IMG/VR virus record: IMGVR_UViG_2541047850_000005
Location: 3,554-67,553 of that record
Reading direction: 5' to 3' (one strand)
Length of the DNA stretch: 64,000 nt
DNA from: a virus
Lineage: Duplodnaviria > Heunggongvirae > Uroviricota > Caudoviricetes
In this document: one piece after another, positions 1-10,059 of the stretch
How the letters are laid out: the number at the start of each line of letters is the position of its first letter
How positions within the stretch are numbered: position 1 is the first letter of the stretch
Made by a program: the position numbers and the translations under genes
Notes under the pieces: generated by a model
Told to the model about the DNA's origin: nothing
The model's input: the letters and a program-made list of their open reading frames with translations, nothing else
Databases searched by the model: none

Positions 1-173
1 AAATTAAATTGGACGCTGGCTATACTCAAGCCAACCAGTTGATCAATCTTTGCGAACGTCTTGGACTTGTTGAAAAAGTCAAAGGAGCTGGGATCGCAAA
101 AGCTGGTACTCAGCAATATCGCTTCATTAAAAATGATTTCTACAATTATTTAGCTGATGCTTTCAAAGCGTAA
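1..173 (+). CDS. hypothetical protein, 3' end only (truncated by window edge)
   Basis: Open frame from window start to TAA at 171-173 (…YRFIKNDFYNYLADAFKA*); followed by hairpin AGCGCCCATAGTGGGCGCT at 187-205. Confidence 0.3.
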   Translation, partial: IKLDAGYTQANQLINLCERLGLVEKVKGAGIAKAGTQQYRFIKNDFYNYLADAFKA

Positions 174-220
174 TTAATGGAATCAAGCGCCCATAGTGGG
201 CGCTTTAAAGGAGCTTTAAA

Positions 221-424
221 ATGATCAGCTATGACAAGATCCGCGCGGAATATCGCGCAAAGTATCGCGCTTATAAACTGGAATTAATCGATGATTTGAT
301 CGCGCAACGCGACCAATTAAATTTTACGTTTTCTGATTTGCTTAACAGCAAGCAAGATTGCAAGCGCAAACGTGAATACTTACGTTTAAGCGCATTAATC
401 GGAAAACTTCAAAATTCTATTTAA
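221..424 (+). CDS. hypothetical small protein (67 aa)
   Basis: ORF track; AAAGGAG Shine-Dalgarno about 8 nt upstream of the ATG; no recognisable domain. Confidence 0.4.
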   Translation: MISYDKIRAEYRAKYRAYKLELIDDLIAQRDQLNFTFSDLLNSKQDCKRKREYLRLSALIGKLQNSI

Positions 425-445
425 TTTTTTTTAAGGAGCTTAATC

Positions 446-676
446 ATGTTTGTTCTTATCGCTGGCGTTAACGTCCATAATGAATATTATGTTAATCGCA
501 TCGCTGGGATCGCTGGTTACGCTGGGCGCGCAGTCGAGCTTATAGATGAAACGACGCGCAAAATTGACTTATTGAGCGACCAGGAGCGAAAAAAAGCAGA
601 CGTGAACGACGCTGATATATTTTTAATGTTAAAAGCGTTTGTAGAAATGGGGTTTAAAATCAGTTTACACAAATAA
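446..676 (+). CDS. hypothetical small protein (76 aa)
   Basis: ORF track; TAAGGAG SD upstream; followed directly by a hairpin plus T-run. Confidence 0.4.
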   Translation: MFVLIAGVNVHNEYYVNRIAGIAGYAGRAVELIDETTRKIDLLSDQERKKADVNDADIFLMLKAFVEMGFKISLHK

Positions 677-681
677 AATCG

Positions 682-706
682 AGCGCCCACTATGGGCGCT
701 TTTTTC
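682..706 (+). terminator. rho-independent terminator-like hairpin
   Basis: AGCGCCCACTATGGGCGCT stem-loop followed by TTTTT, 6 nt after the stop of the 446..676 ORF; same stem with inverted loop occurs at 187-205. Confidence 0.55.
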
Positions 707-1291
707 GTTTCCAATACACCTACCATAACGCGCCAATGATGGCGCGTTTTTATTGTCTTTAACTCACTCCAACAACATAAAAATAAGCGCCAAAATAACG
801 CCATAGACGCGATTTTATATCCTTGCCAGTACACACCCATTACTTAACACATTAACGCGCTTAAAACGCGTTATATTGCGCTATAGAGTATGGTTAATCA
901 TTGGCTTTTAGTCTTGCTTTATGATCCGCGTTTATTTGTCGGCGCGGATCGGCATTTTGTTTTGTTCCGTATCCGCTCGCGTATTATGTGCGCGTGATTT
1001 TTCACATAATCACACCACTTAATCACGTATGTGATTACGCTACGAAAGAAATCTGGATGTCTCAGGCGACGAAAGTCATAATAATTTTCCCCGCTCACCT
1101 GTCCGACAACCGCTGGTTGGATTCCACCAGCTTCCCGATGTTTTTTCTACATAAAGGCGAATGCAGCCGTTTCCCGAAAAAATCCTGGCCGTTTCCCGTC
1201 GGCTAATGAATACGTTCCTCGCCGTTTCTGAAAATTTCCCTACGGCAGCTGATGGATATAGAGAAAGGGCCGTTTCTGGCCCTCTTCTCAG

Positions 1292-1774
1292 TTACACGCC
1301 ATCAAGGATGTGGATGCGGTTGCTTGCGTATACATTCAGCATAAAGTTAGCGCAAAACAGTTTCCATGTATCAACGCCAGCGGTATACGTAATGTTTTTG
1401 CATTTAATTGCATTGTTGGCGATCCGCATCCCCTGCGATACTGCTTCATCGTCGGAAAATTTGAACGACGATTGAGTTTTAATCCAGACAGAAATCTGCG
1501 TAGCGAACTCAATCAGCTTGGACTGGCAGAATCGCCCGGAGCGCACCGGAAAGACGAACGTTCCGAATCCAGAATTTACCACATACGCTTTCTCAAATAC
1601 CCGCGAGTAACGACGATTGCCAATGATGTCGCGTGCAATAATGCATTTTTCTTGTGCTGACAGTTCTACCGTCTCATTGTCGCGCCATGCACCAAGTACT
1701 CGTTTTTCAATGTCAGAGAACGTTACAGCGATATTGCCATGTGCGGGTGCGTTTACAGTAGCGATAAAATTCAT
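1292..1774 (-). CDS. hypothetical protein (160 aa)
   Basis: ORF track; preceded (high-coordinate side) by motif-1 element at 1792-1812. Confidence 0.5.
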   Translation of the reverse strand: MNFIATVNAPAHGNIAVTFSDIEKRVLGAWRDNETVELSAQEKCIIARDIIGNRRYSRVFEKAYVVNSGFGTFVFPVRSGRFCQSKLIEFATQISVWIKTQSSFKFSDDEAVSQGMRIANNAIKCKNITYTAGVDTWKLFCANFMLNVYASNRIHILDGV

Positions 1775-1791
1775 GATTAATTCCTTATCGT

Positions 1792-1812
1792 AAATAACAA
1801 ATTGTTTTCTTG
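1792..1812 (-). promoter_or_regulatory. motif-1 palindromic operator/promoter element (AAAACAAsTTGTTTT family)
   Basis: aaataacaaattgttttcttg immediately upstream of the 1292..1774 start; one of at least 13 copies in the window. Confidence 0.45.
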
Positions 1813-2124
1813 TTGGCGTTAATTATCGTTGTACGAATAAGGCATCAAAGTGGAAAGTTGCGGTAGCCGGACGGGAACAGGTGGGTTTGTCGGTTGCCTG
1901 GAGGTAAGAGGTTGGTGTTTTTAGCCTGCGGGAAACAGGATGGTCATTTAAGGCCACCAGCAGTGGTGGCCTTAATAATTATCGACCGATTACGCTAAGG
2001 ATCTTTTCCTCAACTGATTTGTTGTTGCGACTAAACTGCCTTGCGTATCTGATGACAGAAGAGGCGTTTTGCTTTCTGACTATCTCGGCTCTTTCCTTCA
2101 GGCGTTTCTTGAAATCGCCCATAT

Positions 2125-2499
2125 TTACCACCAGGCGCAGAAGGTCAGTCTGTTATTGTGAAAGTCGTGGTTCTTAATCAGCTCTTCCACAAGTTTTTTC
2201 AACTCCCCCACGTCATGCCAGTACCCTTCATCGTACTCCTGACTGCCGAAGAAAAAACCTTCACAGGTAGGTAAGTACTCTTCGCAGTTACTTTCGTTCA
2301 TGTGCATCAAATGAGCTTTCAGAGCACAAATGTCATTCATCGTTAATTCTAAAAGCTCACAATTTTTGACTTCACCTACGTTGCGTTCCATCCACCCAAA
2401 GAGAGCATTGAACTTACGGAAGTAAGCAACCTTCTTTCTGGATGCATCGTTATTCAGATCGTTTTTTGGTTGCGTCTCAATGTAGATATCAAGTCCCAT
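2125..2499 (-). CDS. hypothetical protein (124 aa)
   Basis: ORF track; motif-1 copy at 2556-2574 upstream; hairpin GGCCACCAGCAGTGGTGGCC at 1961-1980 after the stop. Confidence 0.5.
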   Translation of the reverse strand: MGLDIYIETQPKNDLNNDASRKKVAYFRKFNALFGWMERNVGEVKNCELLELTMNDICALKAHLMHMNESNCEEYLPTCEGFFFGSQEYDEGYWHDVGELKKLVEELIKNHDFHNNRLTFCAWW

Positions 2500-2617
2500 G
2501 ATGGTTTCCTTATCAAGTTGCTTTCAGTGAAAGCATTTTCACAAATCAGATAAGGCAGAAAACAAATTGTTATCGGGCATAAGAAAATGGCGCGGTTTAC
2601 GCGCCATTCAAAGAGGA

Positions 2618-3025
2618 TTAAGCGAATACGCTTTCAGGGATTAAGGTGTCAGCAGGAATGCCGGAGGTAATGCGCAGACCATACTGACCAATCCAGGTAG
2701 TGTTAGTGTTCAGACTGGAAGCGAATACGGTGTTAACCATATTCATCATGGTTTCAAACACCTCTTTATTCACCTTACGGAAGTAACTTTCAATTTTCAA
2801 CAACAACGGGTCCGTTGCATCAAAAATGGACTGATATTGCGCCTCATATTCCCCGCCTGATGTATCTCCTTTACGCACAATAGTACTTGCCTGAACTTCA
2901 GTTCCAGTTTCGGTGTTGTACGTAACGACGGTGATTTTAGCTACATTCTTACCTTCGGCGCTTTCTGAAGCATAGTAGACATCAACTGTCAGGTTTTCTC
3001 GTTTAACGCTCATATCACTCTCCAT
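2618..3025 (-). CDS. hypothetical protein (about 131-135 aa)
   Basis: ORF track; likely true start a few codons inside (MSVKREN…). Confidence 0.45.
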   Translation of the reverse strand: MESDMSVKRENLTVDVYYASESAEGKNVAKITVVTYNTETGTEVQASTIVRKGDTSGGEYEAQYQSIFDATDPLLLKIESYFRKVNKEVFETMMNMVNTVFASSLNTNTTWIGQYGLRITSGIPADTLIPESVFA

Positions 3026-3139
3026 AGTGTCTTGGTTATTTTTCTATTTTATAGACATAGGTATGTACTTACAATACAAAAAAAACCCGTAAGGATGGCG
3101 GGGCTGTCGTACTGTCGACTAATTACCACTTGCACATTA

Positions 3140-3451
3140 TCAGGCTATTGCCATCACTGATGCTCTCTGAATCTCTTGCTGGGCCACGCGGTTAACTTCC
3201 ATCAAAGCCAGTTCGAGCTGATGTTCCGGCCACATTCTTTGAAATGCCATCCAGCCTTTTCCACGCTGGCGACGAACATTCATTACATAACGAGTAAAGG
3301 TGTTTTTATCGAAAGACACCGCTGTTTCACGGAACAGACGAATAGAGGTTCCATTGGCAACGATGTCCAGCAAAGTTAATTGAGCAACCAGCGCAGGCTT
3401 CTCTTTTCTCTTCTGGTCTTTGTCCAGACCAAGAACCAATGATTTTTTCAT
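3140..3451 (-). CDS. hypothetical protein (about 104 aa)
   Basis: ORF 3140..3481 trimmed to the ATG at 3451 (MKKSLVLG…) that follows a GGAG SD and lies downstream of motif-1 copy 3461-3479. Confidence 0.45.
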   Translation of the reverse strand: MKKSLVLGLDKDQKRKEKPALVAQLTLLDIVANGTSIRLFRETAVSFDKNTFTRYVMNVRRQRGKGWMAFQRMWPEHQLELALMEVNRVAQQEIQRASVMAIA

Positions 3452-3604
3452 CACAACTCCGTAAACAACTTGTTTTCTCAATGTCGTAAATAATACCAGT
3501 AAGAAAACGGCTACAAAGCATATTGATCAGGTGCATGAGCGATATGCAGGTTCTTCCCTGCGGCTATAGAGAAATTAAGCCAGCAATGCTGGCTTTGGTT
3601 GGGA

Positions 3605-3934
3605 TTACGCGAATACCTCAAGAAACTCCTGAACGTCCCAATGCTGGACGAGGTGAAGATAGACCTTAGAAATCACGTCATTTTCACTATCGCATGTGAA
3701 GTAGTACTTCTGGCTGCGGTTGTATGTGTCCACACAAAATTCGCTCATATCCATAAAGTCAGCATCTTCACCCATGTCGCAAATCATCAAAGCAGGTGCG
3801 TCATCACGAGTCATCAGCTCCAGCACCCATATTGAATTAATCAGAGTGGAAGACCAACCTTCCAGCTCATAAAACTGGTCAAACTCTTTTTGAGTCAATT
3901 TCTTAATTTGGTTGATGTCGATATTTGCAAACAT
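3605..3934 (-). CDS. hypothetical protein (about 109 aa)
   Basis: ORF 3605..4000 trimmed to ATG at 3934 (MFANIDINQ…) preceded by AAGGA; motif-1 variant at 3945-3962. Confidence 0.4.
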   Translation of the reverse strand: MFANIDINQIKKLTQKEFDQFYELEGWSSTLINSIWVLELMTRDDAPALMICDMGEDADFMDMSEFCVDTYNRSQKYYFTCDSENDVISKVYLHLVQHWDVQEFLEVFA

Positions 3935-4039
3935 AAAGCAATCCTTAAACATGTTGTTTTCTGAATTACGTAAACAATACCAGTAAGAAAACGGCCACAA
4001 AGTATATCGTTACGGTGCTGCGCTGCCCCGGAGGTTAAT

Positions 4040-4066
4040 AGCGACAAAAGCCACCGTGCTGGTGGC
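4040..4066 (-). terminator. rho-independent terminator-like hairpin
   Basis: Minus-strand GGCCACCAGCACGGTGGC followed by CTTTTGT, directly after the 4074..4292 stop. Confidence 0.5.
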
Positions 4067-4073
4067 CTCACTC

Positions 4074-4292
4074 TTAATCTTGGTCGTCCGGGAACTCGCT
4101 GTGTACCGCGCCAACCAGCTCCCGCTTTTCATCTTCACTCAGCAGGTGCCAGATATCCTTCCCTTTGGGCGATTCCCCTTCTGCCGGGACGAACGACCAC
4201 AACTTGCGGTACAACTCCGGCCCCACTGCATCCAGACACTCAGCCAGGGAATCCACGCCCCACACCTCAACCGTCACAGGCATCTTAATCAT
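4074..4292 (-). CDS. hypothetical small protein (72 aa)
   Basis: ORF track; terminator-like hairpin GCCACCGTGCTGGTGGCC at 4049-4066 just after the stop. Confidence 0.4.
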   Translation of the reverse strand: MIKMPVTVEVWGVDSLAECLDAVGPELYRKLWSFVPAEGESPKGKDIWHLLSEDEKRELVGAVHSEFPDDQD

Positions 4293-4879
4293 CTCTTCAT
4301 CCTCACTTCGTTTCTATAACGTCTAAATATGCTGTTTACTTGTTGGTGTTATTATCGCAATAAGACAAAGGCGAAAAAGGATTTTATGTCGGGAAAGCCA
4401 GGCTGGGCAGTGAATATCCGGGAACGACACGAGAGCCAGTATTTACGATATTCTGCTCTACGCACGCCGCGGGGCTGGTGGGCAGAATAATCCTCTCCCC
4501 GAAAACCTACTGAAATCGATTGTGACCCGCTGGCTGTCTGGCACAATTACGCTGTATCTGGCATTCAGAGGGAATCCAGCGGTAAGCAAGTCAGCCTGCA
4601 CGTGAGCGTCTCTCTTCTTCCCGCACATTACAGGTGGGTAGCTGCAACTCTCTCTCGCTATACCGGTACGCCGCCGTTCCTGAACCGGCATCGAGCCTTT
4701 TCCCGAAATCCACACAGGCAACTCGACCGTTTCCCTGAAAATCCCCAGCCGTTTCTGTAGCGTATGCAACCTTTTCTCTGTATGGACCGAAGGCTGACCG
4801 TAGGGGTGTTACGGGGGATGATGGTAAGATGTTGAATAAATACGAAAAAGGAGGCGACACCCCTCCTTCCCTCCCCACT

Positions 4880-5660
4880 TATACATACCTTGCTTCTTCG
4901 CTATACATGTTGTGTTTTCTTCGTGTTTTATCTGTCTCAACCTCTCTATAGGCGTTAATGCTTACTCCTTCCAGAACGTTCTATACGGCGACTATTTCTG
5001 TTGGTGAATTGGGTGTGTTGTTTTCTCTGTCGATGTATGTGGTTTCGTTCGTTTTGCGGTGGTTCTTCTATGGGGTGTTCTCGTCGTTTTGGTGATTGTT
5101 CTTCTCCGTGTATGGAGTAATGGCAGGTGGGCGATTCCTTTCGTTATTGTGTTTGAGTTGTTTGTCTGGAGTGTGTGAAGGGCTTTTGTAGTTATTCGTG
5201 TATTGGGTAATGGCGTTTCCCGTGATTGTTATGTTTCGTGTCTTTTGGGATTGAGAGAAACCTTGCGGTTACAGGCTTCGTTGGGGTTTCAGCGGTTCAG
5301 GTGTTTCTTCGCTGTTTGGGTAATGGCGTGTCGTGGGTATCGCGCGTATGAATGTTTTCGGATTGCCTGTGAAAGTTAGGTTGGTTATCCGGTAGCCTGG
5401 GAAGAAGAGGTGGGGTCTTTTCGGTAGCCTGCCATAAAGAGGTTGGTTGTTTTGGGTAATGGCATATGTGTTATTTGGTTGTTTTGTTATGCCTGAAAAT
5501 AAGTTGTTTATATGGTTGTGTAACGCAACGGGAGCGATTTTGAGCGTGTGTTTTTGTTGGTAGTGTGTTGAGTCGTCTGTGGTGAAAATTGGACGCTGTG
5601 GAGCTGTCTGCTGCGTAGGTTTACGGGTATAAGAAGTGATGTGTGAAAACGTCAATTTTT
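4880..5660. repeat. strand-asymmetric GT-rich repeat block (no credible ORF)
   Basis: Plus strand is almost only G and T over about 800 bp; at least 4 copies of GGGTAATGGC plus one GGAGTAATGGC, and repeated CGGTAGCCTG; ORFs called here are low-complexity. Confidence 0.5.
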
Positions 5661-5861
5661 TAGACCAAATCGGGAGAAAGCGTTGATGTTTCGTTGATCT
5701 GTTATTTAGTTGTTTTCTTATTGGTATAAACAACTGTAACCTATTGATATTTAAGGATGTGATTGCAGGCATGGAAGGGGAGTAGTGGCGATCAACGGAT
5801 TCTTATAGAAAAGAATCAAATTGTGACCGCCATTATCAACGGTTTGAATATGTTTGCAGAT

Positions 5862-6170
5862 TTACCAGTTCCAGCACTCAAGCCCTTCAACGACCGGCGC
5901 ACCACAATCAAAATGTACAGAGTCAAAGCCTACATCAAGTACTTTCTGAATGTTAGCAATCGCGCCTTCGGATATACCATATCGACGCAAGTCGTCTTTC
6001 CAGACATCATCCTGTAACCCGGCGTGGACAATACAACCGCCATCAATTTGTGAAACCCAATCCAGCTCATTGCTTGCGATCATGAATCGGCGAGCATCTT
6101 CCTCTGATGTATGAGATGAACTGATCAATGCCACCTGGTAGGCTTGGGTAATGTTCAACATTTCAACCAC
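5862..6170 (-). CDS. hypothetical protein (102 aa)
   Basis: ORF track; two motif-1 copies upstream at 6172-6194 and 6221-6240. Confidence 0.45.
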   Translation of the reverse strand: MVEMLNITQAYQVALISSSHTSEEDARRFMIASNELDWVSQIDGGCIVHAGLQDDVWKDDLRRYGISEGAIANIQKVLDVGFDSVHFDCGAPVVEGLECWNW

Positions 6171-6322
6171 TCCAAAACAAGTTGTTTTCTTATGTGGCTT
6201 ATTATCTCTAACAACAAAAGGCAGAAAACAAATTGTTTTAGGTACTGTGTAAATCAGAAGGGATTGTGTCTATATGAAAATGCCCGGCGTGTTGCCGGGC
6301 ATTGCGAAGAGAGGTTGCTTAA

Positions 6323-8356
6323 TTACTTAACCTGGTGACCAGGTTTAGCACCAGCATCCGGGCTTAACAGGAAGATATCTTTCCCACCAGGACCAGCAGC
6401 CATCACCATGCCTTCTGAGATACCGAAACGCATTTTACGCGGAGCCAGGTTAGCCACCATAATGGTGTGACGACCAATCAGTGCCTGTGGGTCTGGATAA
6501 GCAGAACGAATGCCGGAGAAGACATTACGCTTTTCCCCACCGAGATCCAGTGTCAGACGCAGCAGTTTGTCAGAGCCTTCAACAAACTCCGCGTTTTCAA
6601 TCAGCGCCACACGCAGGTCAACTTTGGCGAAGTCGTCAAAGGTGATGGTTTCCTGAATCGGGTCGTCAGCCAGTGGGCCAGTTACCGGTGCGGCTGTGGC
6701 TTTCACTTCTTCTTTGGATGCTTCCACCAGTGCTTCCACCTGTTTCATATCGATGCGGTTATACAGCGCCTTGAACGGATTCACTTTGTGGCCCAGCAGC
6801 GGTTGCTGGATACCATCCCAGGTCAGTTCTGTATTGAGGAATGCTTCTGCGCGCTCGGTCAGTTTCGGCAGTACCGGTTTCAGGTAAGTCATCAGCACGC
6901 GGAACAGGTTAATGCCCATAGAGCAAATCGCCTGCAGATCGGCATCGCGACCTTCCTGCTTCGCCACCACCCACGGAGCCTGTTCATCGACATAGCGGTT
7001 AGCCAGGTCAGCCAGTGCCATGATTTCACGGATAGCTTTACCAAATTCGCGGCTTTCCCATGCTTCGCCAATCACTTCAGCGGCATCAGTAAAGGTTTTG
7101 TACAGTTGCGGGTCAGCCAGTTCGCTTGCCAGCACGCCGTCAAAACGCTTGTTGATAAAGCCTGCATTACGGGAGGCCAGGTTAACCACTTTGTTCACGA
7201 TATCGGCATTCACTCGCTGAACGAAATCTTCCAGGTTGAGATCGATATCATCAATGCGCGAAGAGAGTTTCGCAGTGTAGTAGTAACGCAGGCTGTCGGC
7301 GTCAAAATGATTCAGCCAGGTGCTGGCTTTAATGAACGTGCCGCGAGACTTGGACATCTTCGCACCGTTCACCGTCACATAGCCATGAACAAACAGGTTG
7401 GTCGGCTTGCGGAAGTTGCTGCCTTCCAGCATGGCAGGCCAGAACAGGCTGTGGAAGTAAACGATATCTTTACCGATGAAGTGGTACAGCTCGGCGGTGG
7501 AGTCTTTCTTCCAGTATTCATCGAAGCTGGAGGTGTCGCCGCGTTTGTCGCACAGATTCTTGAAGGAACCCATGTAGCCAATCGGCGCGTCCAGCCAGAC
7601 GTAGAAATATTTGCCCGGCGCGTTCGGAATTTCAAAACCGAAATAAGGGGCGTCGCGGGAGATATCCCACTGTTGCAGGCCAGATTCAAACCACTCCTGC
7701 ATTTTATTTGCCACCTGCTCCTGCAACGCACCGCTGCGGGTCCATGCCTGCAGCATTTCGCTGAAAGAAGGCAGATCAAAGAAGAAGTGTTCGGAATCAC
7801 GCATTACCGGCGTAGCACCAGAAACTACCGATTTCGGCTCGATCAGTTCAGTCGGGCTGTAAGTCGCGCCGCAGACTTCACAGTTATCGCCGTATTGATC
7901 TGGCGCTTTACATTTAGGGCAGGTGCCTTTTACAAAACGGTCCGGCAGGAACATGCCTTTTTCCGGGTCGTATAACTGAGAGATGGTGCGGTTTTTAATA
8001 AAACCGTTCTCTTTCAGGCGAGTATAAATAAGCTCGGACAACTGACGGTTCTCTTCGCTGTGCGTCGAGTGATAGTTGTCATAGCTGATGTTAAAGCCTG
8101 CAAAATCAGTCTGGTGTTCCTGACTCATTTCGCCAATCATCTGTTCCGGTGTGATACCAAGCTGCTGTGCTTTCAGCATGATCGGTGTGCCGTGGGCATC
8201 GTCGGCACAGATGAAATTAACCTCGTGGCCGCGCATTCGCTGGTAACGAACCCAGACATCAGCCTGGATGTGCTCCAGCATATGGCCGAGGTGGATTGAG
8301 CCGTTAGCGTACGGCAGCGCGCACGTCACCAGAATTTTCTTCGCGACTTGGGTCAT
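6323..8356 (-). CDS. metG: methionine--tRNA ligase (MetG), E. coli-type
   Basis: 677 aa from [41 protein letters not shown]…; class I aaRS HIGH/KMSKS (KMSKS present), C-terminal tRNA-binding domain; from memory near-identical to E. coli MetG. The ORF track's 43-residue N-terminal extension (to 8485) is rejected. Confidence 0.95.
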   Translation of the reverse strand: MTQVAKKILVTCALPYANGSIHLGHMLEHIQADVWVRYQRMRGHEVNFICADDAHGTPIMLKAQQLGITPEQMIGEMSQEHQTDFAGFNISYDNYHSTHSEENRQLSELIYTRLKENGFIKNRTISQLYDPEKGMFLPDRFVKGTCPKCKAPDQYGDNCEVCGATYSPTELIEPKSVVSGATPVMRDSEHFFFDLPSFSEMLQAWTRSGALQEQVANKMQEWFESGLQQWDISRDAPYFGFEIPNAPGKYFYVWLDAPIGYMGSFKNLCDKRGDTSSFDEYWKKDSTAELYHFIGKDIVYFHSLFWPAMLEGSNFRKPTNLFVHGYVTVNGAKMSKSRGTFIKASTWLNHFDADSLRYYYTAKLSSRIDDIDLNLEDFVQRVNADIVNKVVNLASRNAGFINKRFDGVLASELADPQLYKTFTDAAEVIGEAWESREFGKAIREIMALADLANRYVDEQAPWVVAKQEGRDADLQAICSMGINLFRVLMTYLKPVLPKLTERAEAFLNTELTWDGIQQPLLGHKVNPFKALYNRIDMKQVEALVEASKEEVKATAAPVTGPLADDPIQETITFDDFAKVDLRVALIENAEFVEGSDKLLRLTLDLGGEKRNVFSGIRSAYPDPQALIGRHTIMVANLAPRKMRFGISEGMVMAAGPGGKDIFLLSPDAGAKPGHQVK

Positions 8357-8513
8357 AGTAGGCATTACTTCTTTGTAGTGAAAAGGGGCTTGATAGTAAC
8401 AAAATGGCCTTATGTCTGCCATGTGATAACAGCATTTCTCATAAATGATTAAATGCCGTAGCTGGAGTACACTACAAGGCGACAATTGCGCAAATTAAAA
8501 TAAAGGAGACGGG

Positions 8514-9614
8514 ATGAGCGAGTCCAAATCGCCGGATGCCCTGAGAGCAATGGTAGCCGGTACGCTGGCTAATTTTCAGCACCCAACCCTGAAACACAAC
8601 CTGACTACGCTTAAAGCGTTACACCATGTTGCGTTGATGGATGACACACTGCATGTCGAACTAATCATGCCTTTCGTGTGGAATAAGCCTTTTGAAGACC
8701 TGAAAGAGCAATGTAGTGGTGATCTGCTCCGTATCACTGGCGCAAAGGCTATCGACTGGAAGCTGTCGTACAACATTGCCACGCTTAAGCGCGTCAAAAA
8801 CCAACCAGGCATTAATGGCGTTAAGAACATTATCGCCGTCAGCTCAGGCAAGGGCGGCGTTGGTAAATCCTCCACGGCGGTAAACCTGGCACTGGCGTTG
8901 GCTGCTGAAGGTGCGAAAGTTGGTATTTTGGATGCCGATATCTACGGGCCATCAATTCCAACCATGCTTGGCGCGGAAAACCAACGTCCAACCTCACCGG
9001 ACGGTACTCACATGGCACCGATTATGTCTCATGGACTGGCAACCAATTCAATTGGTTATCTGGTAACTGACGACAATGCGATGGTGTGGCGTGGTCCGAT
9101 GGCGAGCAAGGCGTTAATGCAGATGTTGCAGGAAACTCTATGGCCTGATCTGGACTATCTCGTTCTCGATATGCCGCCGGGTACTGGTGATATTCAGCTG
9201 ACGCTGGCGCAGAACATTCCTGTAACTGGTGCTGTTGTGGTAACTACGCCGCAAGATATCGCGCTGATCGATGCGAAGAAAGGCATTGTGATGTTCGAAA
9301 AAGTCGAAGTGCCGGTACTGGGTATCGTCGAAAACATGAGTGTGCATATTTGCAGTAACTGCGGTCATCACGAGCCAATTTTTGGCACCGGTGGCGCACA
9401 GAAACTGGCCGAGAAATACAACACGCAGTTGTTAGGCCAAATGCCACTTCATATCTCTCTTCGTGAAGATCTGGATAACGGAACACCAACCGTTATTAGT
9501 CGTCCAGATAGCGAATTTACGGCTATTTATCGTGACCTTGCAGATCGCGTTGCTGCCCAAATGTATTGGCAAGGTGAAGTAATACCTGGCGAAATCGCAT
9601 TCCGCGCAGTGTGA
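8514..9614 (+). CDS. apbC: Fe-S cluster carrier ATPase ApbC/Mrp
   Basis: 366 aa with Walker A SSGKGGVGKSSTAVNLA and CxxC (CSNCGHH) motif; divergent from metG as in the E. coli chromosome. Confidence 0.93.
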   Translation: MSESKSPDALRAMVAGTLANFQHPTLKHNLTTLKALHHVALMDDTLHVELIMPFVWNKPFEDLKEQCSGDLLRITGAKAIDWKLSYNIATLKRVKNQPGINGVKNIIAVSSGKGGVGKSSTAVNLALALAAEGAKVGILDADIYGPSIPTMLGAENQRPTSPDGTHMAPIMSHGLATNSIGYLVTDDNAMVWRGPMASKALMQMLQETLWPDLDYLVLDMPPGTGDIQLTLAQNIPVTGAVVVTTPQDIALIDAKKGIVMFEKVEVPVLGIVENMSVHICSNCGHHEPIFGTGGAQKLAEKYNTQLLGQMPLHISLREDLDNGTPTVISRPDSEFTAIYRDLADRVAAQMYWQGEVIPGEIAFRAV

Positions 9615-9651
9615 TAAAAAGGTGGTGCAATGCACCACCTAAACAGTTCTC

Positions 9652-10041
9652 CTACATCACAGGACAATCATCAAACTCGCCACTTCTTGCGTCGTTGATA
9701 ATGTGAGTGATCACACCAAACACGGCATTGCTGCCCGTGCATCCATCATCATCCTTTGGCAATGCTTCCTTCTTACCAGTTCTTAAATCCTCCAGATGCT
9801 GACGTGGATACTTCCGGTATCTTTTTACGCGATATTCCCCATCCAGAGCACATACAAGAAGAGATCCATCAACAGGAGTGAGTGAGGAATCGACCACCAG
9901 CAATGCACCCTGCAATATTCCCTCACGATGATGGCTATCAGCTGCCCTCAAGAAGTAGGTCGCTGAAGGATGTCTAATTATCTGCTGATCAAGAGAAATA
10001 CGGCTCTCAGCATAATCCGCCGCAGGAGAGGGGTACCCCAT
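9652..10041 (-). CDS. UmuD'-like S24 peptidase domain protein (N-terminally pre-truncated)
   Basis: MGYPSPAADYAESRISLDQQIIRHPSATYF… aligns with E. coli UmuD from Gly25 onward ([29 protein letters not shown]); Ser (DSH) and Lys (RVKR) of the catalytic dyad retained; in-frame stop 3 codons upstream of the ATG. Confidence 0.7.
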   Translation of the reverse strand: MGYPSPAADYAESRISLDQQIIRHPSATYFLRAADSHHREGILQGALLVVDSSLTPVDGSLLVCALDGEYRVKRYRKYPRQHLEDLRTGKKEALPKDDDGCTGSNAVFGVITHIINDARSGEFDDCPVM

Positions 10042-10059
10042 AGCGTTTTACCTCAAAAA

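Noticed and set aside
4458-5772. ORFs 4458..4769, 4591..4878 and 5269..5772 (minus strand)
   Set aside because: Fall in the GT-rich repeat block; translations are low-complexity Pro/Thr/Gln/Asn-rich and mutually overlapping.
6467-7975. 502-aa plus-strand ORF
   Set aside because: Lies entirely antisense to metG, whose product matches MetG end to end; low-complexity shadow ORF.
8357-8485. N-terminal 43-residue extension of the metG ORF in the ORF track
   Set aside because: MetG homology begins at MTQVAKK; the extension runs into the divergent metG/apbC promoter region.
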